Origin: an uncultured Candidatus Saccharibacteria bacterium
GTDB lineage: Bacteria > Patescibacteriota > Minisyncoccia > Phycocordibacterales > CAIZLB01
Direction: 5' to 3'
Length of the DNA: 64,000 bases
Assembly: GCA_964620475.1 (NCBI GenBank)
Contig: CAZUJN010000001.1
Span: 4,651-68,650 of the forward strand
Numbering within the stretch: position 1 is the stretch's first letter; every line of letters begins with the position of its first letter. The position numbers and the translations under genes are program-made. Positions 57,776 to 64,000 of the stretch are shown here, piece after piece. The notes under the pieces are model-generated. The model saw only the letters and a program-made list of their open reading frames with translations. It ran no database searches and was not told the DNA's origin.

Positions 57776-60748
57776 CTACTTATTTTCTTTTTTTGCATCT
57801 TCTATTTTTTGTAGATGTTCGCTTAATTTCATCTTTTTTTCTATTAACTCTTCTTCATGTTTGTTTAATTTCTCTATGTACTTATTTTTTGATTCTTCAA
57901 GATTATCTTCTAGTTTTTTGATTGCTTCAGGACTGATATTACCTCTTTTTTTGGCTGATTTTAGGTATATTATGTTTTTATTTATTTCTTTTATTTCATC
58001 TGTATTGTCACCGTCTCCAACATATTTACTGTCTTGTGATATACATTCTTTTATTTTGTCTTCTGTAGGCAGTTTACTTAATTTAGATTCTATTGTCTTT
58101 ATATCTTTTTCATATTTTTTCGTCCTATCCTCGTTTCTTTGTGTTGAAGCTGTGGTGCTCTTACTGTTTTTTATTTTAGATGATATTGCTGTGATTCTTG
58201 CTTTTGCTTTTTCATTCTTTCTTCTAAATGTTTCTAATGCCCTCTTTTGATCATTGGTTATATCAGCACCATTTTGTGCCCCTTCGCCATCTGTGTGATA
58301 TTTAACAACGTTTTCTAATTCGGTGTGCATTGCATGCTCGTTTAATCTTACTGTTATTTTCTTGTTACCTTGATCGTCTGTTGTTTCTGATTTTATAACA
58401 GCTGCTCTTCTTATATTATCTAGATGTGATAATGCATTACCTTTATCATCTTTTTTGCCTGAGTTTATTTGTACGACACCTTTGCCAAGTAATGCTGATG
58501 ATCTATCTTCTATTAATTTATTTAGATAGTTTTCATAATCATCTGTGGTTTTGTTTTTATTTTTCTTCATCCATTCATCTTGTGACATAGCTTTGTATTT
58601 TGCGTCTATTGCATCATATACAGCATCACGTGTTTCTTTAACACCTTTATCTCTTCTTTCGTCTGCTTGTTTTCTTGTCTCGCCAGCAGAGTTTTTAGGA
58701 TCTTTGAGTTGTGTTGCCATTTTTGCAGCTCTCTCCCCTAATATATTATTTGGATTGTTTGCTGCTATAGATCGGGCAAGATCTCTCATACCTTCTTTAA
58801 CAGTTATGCTTGGATTATAAAAACCTTCACTAAATGTTTTACCTCTCAGTTTACTTAATCCACCTGTTGCTGTTCCTGCTGTCAACTTGGCCGCACCTAT
58901 ACCAACACCGGCCGCTGCTGATGATGATTTCTCCCAAGTTTTTTTGGCTAAGCCTTTTGTGGCTGCATCTTGCCAGCTGCCAAATTTATTTGCAACACTT
59001 TGGCTCCATTTGCCCCCAATGGTCTCACCTGTTCCTGCTGCGTGTTTAACACCATAACTTATAGCTCTCATCATAAATATAATGACTATGACAAATACAG
59101 CAAATACTGATATGGTCTCAGTAGACATACCGCTCGTACCAGCTGCCGGCGGCTGACATATTATCTGTAAGAAGCTTGTTCCGTTTGCTCCTGATCCTAA
59201 TTTTTCAAATATTATAATAGCTACCAACATCCAAAAAAGATATGCTATTGGAAATGTTAATACATGCTTCATTTCTGCCCACCAACTGTCTTTGAACTTA
59301 GAAACATGCGGGTTGTTTGGTAACACATAACCCCAAACCCATAAAGGTGATTTTATAAACAATACTATTATGTTTACTAATCTGACCAAAAACAATACCG
59401 CTGCCAAACCTAAAGCCAAACACAATATAACTAAGAATATTGAACCCAGAACAGATATTGTTATCAATGCCCCAGGATTATTTGCACAAGCGTTTGTACC
59501 AGCCAGACCGCTGTCGGCAAATATTTGGTTTATGTTATATAAAGCAGATAGACCAACAGTGTTCATTACTCTAGCTGATATAGAAGCTGTTGCATCCTGT
59601 GTGCTGCTTGCTTTCATTGTCTCGTATATTTTCAGGGATACTATGTTTGAACCATCAACCATAATCTTGGCCGCAAATAAACTGAAGTTTATTAATATGG
59701 CAACAACCACAACATTCATCAATACTTTTTTTGCATTGTATTGAGCTTCATTACCTATCAATATCTGTATAGCTGCCCACAACAATATAAATATAAAAGT
59801 TATATTTAATATATCCCTTAGAAATGTCCATGTAACCTCTATCACACCAAGTTTTTTGAAAAATTCTGCTGAGTTTATAGAGAGCTCTAATGAGTAGTCA
59901 AACAATACTCCGACTATATATGTGATAAAAGACATCAACTTGAATATGATGTTTGTGCCTTGTGCAACTAACCACATCATACAGTGTGGGGTGAACATAC
60001 TTAAGACAGTGCTGCATTGTGTTTGTGAAGCCTGCCAACCTTGTGTTTGATTGATCTGATTTTCTATTCCAGCCAGCTGACCTCCAGCCTGAACAACCGC
60101 CCTACCGGCCTCATCCGCTGCTTGTCTTGCTGTTCTTGCTGCTGTTATGGCCTGGTCTATTTGGGCCTGTGTTGCATTAGGATCGTTTTGTAATGTTGCA
60201 GCTTCCTGCTCTTTCTGTTTTGCTATTTCTGCTAATCTGTCGTACTCATTTTGTTTTTCTTGTTTTGCTAATTCTGCATTATATCTTTCGTTTTTTAGTT
60301 TAACTGTGGTGCCAGGCTCTAGTCCCTGAGCTTTATCAACTCGATCAAAAAACCCCTCAGCCTCTTTAGATTCTTTGTACATATTAGGATCTTCTGGAAC
60401 AAACATATAGTCTTTTGTTCCATCTTTTTCTTGCACCATTGTTCCTAATACAACAGCATCTCTATTTTTTGTGTTTTCAGGGGTCGGGTCATATATAAAG
60501 ATGTTGTTTTGACCTGTATTAATTCTATAAACATTGTTTGTGTTCCACTTAGCTTCTCTTACATTAAATTTTGAATTAGAAGCCTCCAGTCTTTCTTGTA
60601 ACATTGATAGTTGATAAGGTGCTAGTTCAGAAACTGTCCTATCACCAGAGTATAAGTTCTCTGCCTTTATGGATGTTACTGGTACCAAAAAAACACACAA
60701 GAAGATTATTCCTAAAAAAATATTTTTTATAGATTTATACATATGCAT
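57776..60748 (-). CDS. VirB6/TrbL-like polytopic membrane protein
   Basis: W...RD..NI.FIF.LL, LINFS....K...D..N, R.V....L...SP; coiled coils and charged tail. Confidence 0.7.
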   Translation of the reverse strand: MHMYKSIKNIFLGIIFLCVFLVPVTSIKAENLYSGDRTVSELAPYQLSMLQERLEASNSKFNVREAKWNTNNVYRINTGQNNIFIYDPTPENTKNRDAVVLGTMVQEKDGTKDYMFVPEDPNMYKESKEAEGFFDRVDKAQGLEPGTTVKLKNERYNAELAKQEKQNEYDRLAEIAKQKEQEAATLQNDPNATQAQIDQAITAARTARQAADEAGRAVVQAGGQLAGIENQINQTQGWQASQTQCSTVLSMFTPHCMMWLVAQGTNIIFKLMSFITYIVGVLFDYSLELSINSAEFFKKLGVIEVTWTFLRDILNITFIFILLWAAIQILIGNEAQYNAKKVLMNVVVVAILINFSLFAAKIMVDGSNIVSLKIYETMKASSTQDATASISARVMNTVGLSALYNINQIFADSGLAGTNACANNPGALITISVLGSIFLVILCLALGLAAVLFLVRLVNIIVLFIKSPLWVWGYVLPNNPHVSKFKDSWWAEMKHVLTFPIAYLFWMLVAIIIFEKLGSGANGTSFLQIICQPPAAGTSGMSTETISVFAVFVIVIIFMMRAISYGVKHAAGTGETIGGKWSQSVANKFGSWQDAATKGLAKKTWEKSSSAAAGVGIGAAKLTAGTATGGLSKLRGKTFSEGFYNPSITVKEGMRDLARSIAANNPNNILGERAAKMATQLKDPKNSAGETRKQADERRDKGVKETRDAVYDAIDAKYKAMSQDEWMKKNKNKTTDDYENYLNKLIEDRSSALLGKGVVQINSGKKDDKGNALSHLDNIRRAAVIKSETTDDQGNKKITVRLNEHAMHTELENVVKYHTDGEGAQNGADITNDQKRALETFRRKNEKAKARITAISSKIKNSKSTTASTQRNEDRTKKYEKDIKTIESKLSKLPTEDKIKECISQDSKYVGDGDNTDEIKEINKNIIYLKSAKKRGNISPEAIKKLEDNLEESKNKYIEKLNKHEEELIEKKMKLSEHLQKIEDAKKENK

Positions 60749-60787
60749 ACTTACATATAGTATACTATATTAATTTAATAAATTAAA

Positions 60788-62053
60788 TTAATACCCTGTT
60801 TGATTTTGTTGCAACACTCTTCCTAATGCTTGATTTATAAATTGATTAACCAAAGCTGTTACAACTTGATCGAATTTGTCTGCGAAAGCTAATCTTTGTT
60901 TTGGTAAATTAAGTGTTGATTCAAGTTGTCCTTGTATAACTCTTCCTGGTGTTATTGTCTGACAATCTTTTTTATTTGTCTTTGGATTATTTGTACAGGT
61001 TGTGTAATTTAAGAATCCACTGTTCCAATTTAAATCTCTCATTTGACTATTTTGACTAGCGACTATAGCCCCTGTTAATCCACTTGTAGTTCTAAACAAT
61101 GTGTCATACGGATTACCTTGTTGTGTTTGTGTGATATTATACCAAGAATTCCAGCCACCACCTTGTATAAAGTTTCCTTGCATAAAACTATTTAGTTGTC
61201 CTGGGTTTTGATCAAAAGTACAACCAAGGAATCCGTTGCTTAAACCCCTGTTTACGTATCCACCTGTTTGATATCCATATCCATAAGGCTGATTTGCTCC
61301 GTATTGAGCCAATGTTGCCCTAACCATAGCTTCCCTGTATACATCACATACATTTGTCCCACCTGATAAACCATAAGCCAGATTCTGTATAAAAGATGCC
61401 GCTTCTTCATCAGCCAACTGTTTGAAGAACATGTCAGGATTATTTAGAAAGGCCGGGTTTCCGTCAAAACCTGTGTTAATCCATAATATTGTTGAATCAG
61501 CTATGTAACCAATCATTGAATTTACTATACAATATGCTACAGAATCCCAACTGGGTAATGATAAGACACCGCCAAGACCTACTGTACCAACAGATGCACT
61601 TGTCTGGGCTTTTATATTTTCTCCAACAACACCTTGTTCGGATGTTGGAACTAGCGTTAATGATCCGGCAATATTTTGTGTTGCTTTACCTAAAGCTTTA
61701 GATACACTACCTGTTATAAGGTTTGATAAGACTTGTCCGGCACCGCAACCACCCACTTGTGCAGCTATTGATCCTGCTGCGCCAGTACCTGTTGAGGTTG
61801 CTGTTGATGTTGCGTTCGCAACTATCCCACTTATTTGATTTTGTACATATGCTGAGTTTAGAAAAGGGTTACCAGATGTTTGATAAGGATTATATGTGTT
61901 ATAAGCATTTTGGTTATATACTCCTGTATTGAATCCATTAACTGTGTTTAGGAGTTGTTGATTTTGTATTGTTGTGGTTGGATAATCAATAGCAAAAACC
62001 GACAAAGGTCCAAAAATAATAGTTAGAATTAAGAATATGTTTATTGTTTTCAT
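60788..62053 (-). CDS. Secreted hypothetical protein of the VirB cluster
   Basis: Signal peptide; WINTGFDGNPAF, GGW..W, TPG motifs. Confidence 0.6.
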   Translation of the reverse strand: MKTINIFLILTIIFGPLSVFAIDYPTTTIQNQQLLNTVNGFNTGVYNQNAYNTYNPYQTSGNPFLNSAYVQNQISGIVANATSTATSTGTGAAGSIAAQVGGCGAGQVLSNLITGSVSKALGKATQNIAGSLTLVPTSEQGVVGENIKAQTSASVGTVGLGGVLSLPSWDSVAYCIVNSMIGYIADSTILWINTGFDGNPAFLNNPDMFFKQLADEEAASFIQNLAYGLSGGTNVCDVYREAMVRATLAQYGANQPYGYGYQTGGYVNRGLSNGFLGCTFDQNPGQLNSFMQGNFIQGGGWNSWYNITQTQQGNPYDTLFRTTSGLTGAIVASQNSQMRDLNWNSGFLNYTTCTNNPKTNKKDCQTITPGRVIQGQLESTLNLPKQRLAFADKFDQVVTALVNQFINQALGRVLQQNQTGY

Positions 62054-62057
62054 TTTT

Positions 62058-62891
62058 TTATTCTATTTTTATGGTTTCATTATTTATGTTATTGTTAGTC
62101 CAAATCATCCCAGGATCATCTGCTGTGTAACTTACTTTATTAAGTATAATTGTTTTTCGGATTTTTTCAAAACCGTTTGTTAATTCAGTGGTAGCTGTTT
62201 GTAAACTGTTTATTCCTAAGAGAGCTCTTGCTGGGTCAGAGTTTTGATACTCTAATAGAGACATGCCTTCTGAATATTTTATATATCCGTTCACAATCAA
62301 TAAATGATTTTCAGCCAATATGTCTGGCACGACAACAGTTTTTAAGACATCTGCCGCGCCCCTATATGCCGCAGCCACATAAGGTGTTTTATCTTTTTTT
62401 GTGTTGATATTTGATATGACCTTAGTTAAGGCATCTTGAACTATAGCCAGGTTTGTACCATATATTTTTAAATTTTCTACACTAGATGATGTTGTTTTTA
62501 TCTGATTTATTGTTATTGTGTTGGCCGATTGAATCTTATTTTTCAATAAATCATTAGTCATTTTCGCTATCTCGTCGGTTTTTATCTCGCCAGAGGTATT
62601 GTATTTTATGTATTGTGTAAAAACATCCTTAGATAGACTATCAGTCAGATTATCGCTACTGTTTTTTTGAAAAGATTTTGAAAATTTTTGAAAGTTTTTG
62701 ATGTTTTCTTCTGTCACTGTTGCTAATATGTTTTCTTGATATCTATCTGCTTTAGTTACAATCTTTCCGTTTTCATCAACAACTATGTTGTCGGAGAATT
62801 TGTCTATTAATTTATCTTTTTGGGTAATCGAAAAAACTATTATAAGAAGAAAAACGCAAACCGCTGCTATGTTTAAAGTATGCTTATTCAT
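62058..62891 (-). CDS. Membrane-anchored hypothetical protein
   Basis: N-terminal TM; NLTD.LSK, VP..LA..HL...N, DPARAL. Confidence 0.6.
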   Translation of the reverse strand: MNKHTLNIAAVCVFLLIIVFSITQKDKLIDKFSDNIVVDENGKIVTKADRYQENILATVTEENIKNFQKFSKSFQKNSSDNLTDSLSKDVFTQYIKYNTSGEIKTDEIAKMTNDLLKNKIQSANTITINQIKTTSSSVENLKIYGTNLAIVQDALTKVISNINTKKDKTPYVAAAYRGAADVLKTVVVPDILAENHLLIVNGYIKYSEGMSLLEYQNSDPARALLGINSLQTATTELTNGFEKIRKTIILNKVSYTADDPGMIWTNNNINNETIKIE

Positions 62892-63669
62892 TAATGTTAT
62901 TATATAACAATTCTGTTATATAAATCCAATCAACAGGTTTTAACTCTTCTGGTCTTCTGTTTTTATATTTTTCATCTTTTATTTTTAGTGTAGATCCGAG
63001 CTGCTTTCTTTTACTATTGAACGCTTTTTTTGCTATGTCCCAATATTTTTTCTCAAAATCTGTGTTTTTGTTTAAGAATAGATTTCTATTTATATTTTTT
63101 ATTATCATAACCACCGAATCTACATTTGGTACAGGGGTAAAGTTGCCACGAGATACTTTTAAAAAATTATATGATTCGCCATATGTGTTTATCCCGAGAG
63201 AAAACAGGCTCTTTTTGCTATCTTTTGCTCTGTCACCTATTTCTTTCTGTACCATCAGTATCATGGATTTTGGTTGATTTTTTGATTCCAGGAACTGTCT
63301 TATGATATATCCTGTAAGATAATAAGGTATGTTTGCAATTATTATATAATCTTTTATGTCTTTTTCTGTGTCTATATTAAACCCTCTTATATCTCTATGT
63401 ATTATTTTTAGGTTTTTGTGGTCTTTTTTAGGAAATCTGTCTTCTAGTATTGGTATTGCCCTGTCATCGGCCTCTATGCATATAACCTTATTTTCTTTAC
63501 ACTTCTCTAGTATCTCTGCGGTTAATTCACCTGTTCCTGGTCCTATTTCTAATATTTGTGTATTTTTATCTATATATTGCAAAGATTCTTTAACTATTTT
63601 TTGTATAATCGTTTTGTTACTCAGAAAATTTTGGCCCAGTGATTTTTTTGCTTGCAATATATGTTTCAT
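62884..63669 (-). CDS. rsmA: 16S rRNA dimethyltransferase RsmA/KsgA
   Basis: KKSLGQNFL, EIGPGTG, ANIPYY, MVQKE, F.PVPNVDS. Confidence 0.96.
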   Translation of the reverse strand: MKHILQAKKSLGQNFLSNKTIIQKIVKESLQYIDKNTQILEIGPGTGELTAEILEKCKENKVICIEADDRAIPILEDRFPKKDHKNLKIIHRDIRGFNIDTEKDIKDYIIIANIPYYLTGYIIRQFLESKNQPKSMILMVQKEIGDRAKDSKKSLFSLGINTYGESYNFLKVSRGNFTPVPNVDSVVMIIKNINRNLFLNKNTDFEKKYWDIAKKAFNSKRKQLGSTLKIKDEKYKNRRPEELKPVDWIYITELLYNNINE

Positions 63670-63679
63670 TGATATTGTT

Positions 63680-64000
63680 TTACCAATCTATCTCTGATAA
63701 ATCAAGTAAATCCCTTTTTCCATTATTATTATGCTGAGGTTTATTTGAATAAAAGCTTGTATTGTCTGTATAGTCCAATAACTCGTCACCGATATCTTTT
63801 ATAAAACCTGATATAGTCCTGATCTGTCGGGCCCCAAATATTGTTCTCATCACCGCGTTTGATAAATGTAATTTTCTTTTTGCTCTTGTTATGGCAACAT
63901 AAAACAGTCTCCTCTCCTCCTCTTCGTCGGTGTCTGTGTTATTTTCTCCGGCTCTTTCGTATGGAAATAGACTCTCCTCCATTCCCACTATGAATATATA
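63680..64000 (-). CDS. C-terminus of UvrD/PcrA-family helicase (partial)
   Basis: GMEE.LFP, EEERRLFYVAITRAK. Confidence 0.9.
   Translation of the reverse strand, partial: YIFIVGMEESLFPYERAGENNTDTDEEEERRLFYVAITRAKRKLHLSNAVMRTIFGARQIRTISGFIKDIGDELLDYTDNTSFYSNKPQHNNNGKRDLLDLSEIDW

Noticed and set aside
54014-60748. Conjugative element integrated at tRNA-His
   Set aside because: The tRNA is internal to the operon, I saw no duplicated att end, and no integrase or relaxase is in the window.
159-63697. Many antisense or nested ORFs in the track (e.g. 159-527+, 9288-9692+, 20089-20679-, 23788-24231+, 54549-55073+, 57747-58250+)
   Set aside because: They are shadows of well-supported genes on the other strand, with no motifs.
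1-64000. Alternative genetic code (TGA=Gly as in Gracilibacteria/Absconditabacteria)
   Set aside because: Conserved genes are full length under code 11 and ruvC ends properly at TGA.
1-64000. CRISPR array or cas genes
   Set aside because: No regularly spaced repeat-spacer units or Cas motifs seen.

Overview
AT-rich bacterial chromosome segment (standard genetic code). Gene content points to Patescibacteria/CPR, probably Parcubacteria; this assignment is inferred, not looked up. It contains the replication origin region (dnaN-oriC-dnaA-rpmH-rnpA-yidC), housekeeping genes (rplJ/rplL/rplS, truB-like, rluA-like, class II RNR, recG, ruvB/ruvC, ftsH, smpB+tmRNA, tsaE, class A PBP, rsmA, end of uvrD/pcrA), four tRNAs (Ser-GCT, Ser-CGA, Ile-TAT, His-GTG), type IV pilus genes and a VirB4/PrgI/VirB6-like cluster. 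Most notable: (1) a tRNA-bounded locus where a TatA/TatC pair, whose TatC appears to lack the twin-arginine-binding Glu103, sits beside a signal-peptide-less phage-fibre-like mosaic protein and a peptidoglycan-binding surface protein; (2) two tandem VirB2-like pilin genes with an apparently identical ~703-bp 5' part but different cell-wall-hydrolase-like C-termini; (3) a 1336-aa protein with a nucleotidyltransferase motif; (4) an SmpB-signal peptide-C39 peptidase fusion; (5) a 6S-like ncRNA candidate, a structured element at a tRNA 3' end, tRNA-Ile(UAU) and widespread leaderless gene architecture. All family calls come from motif recognition by eye; no searches were run.
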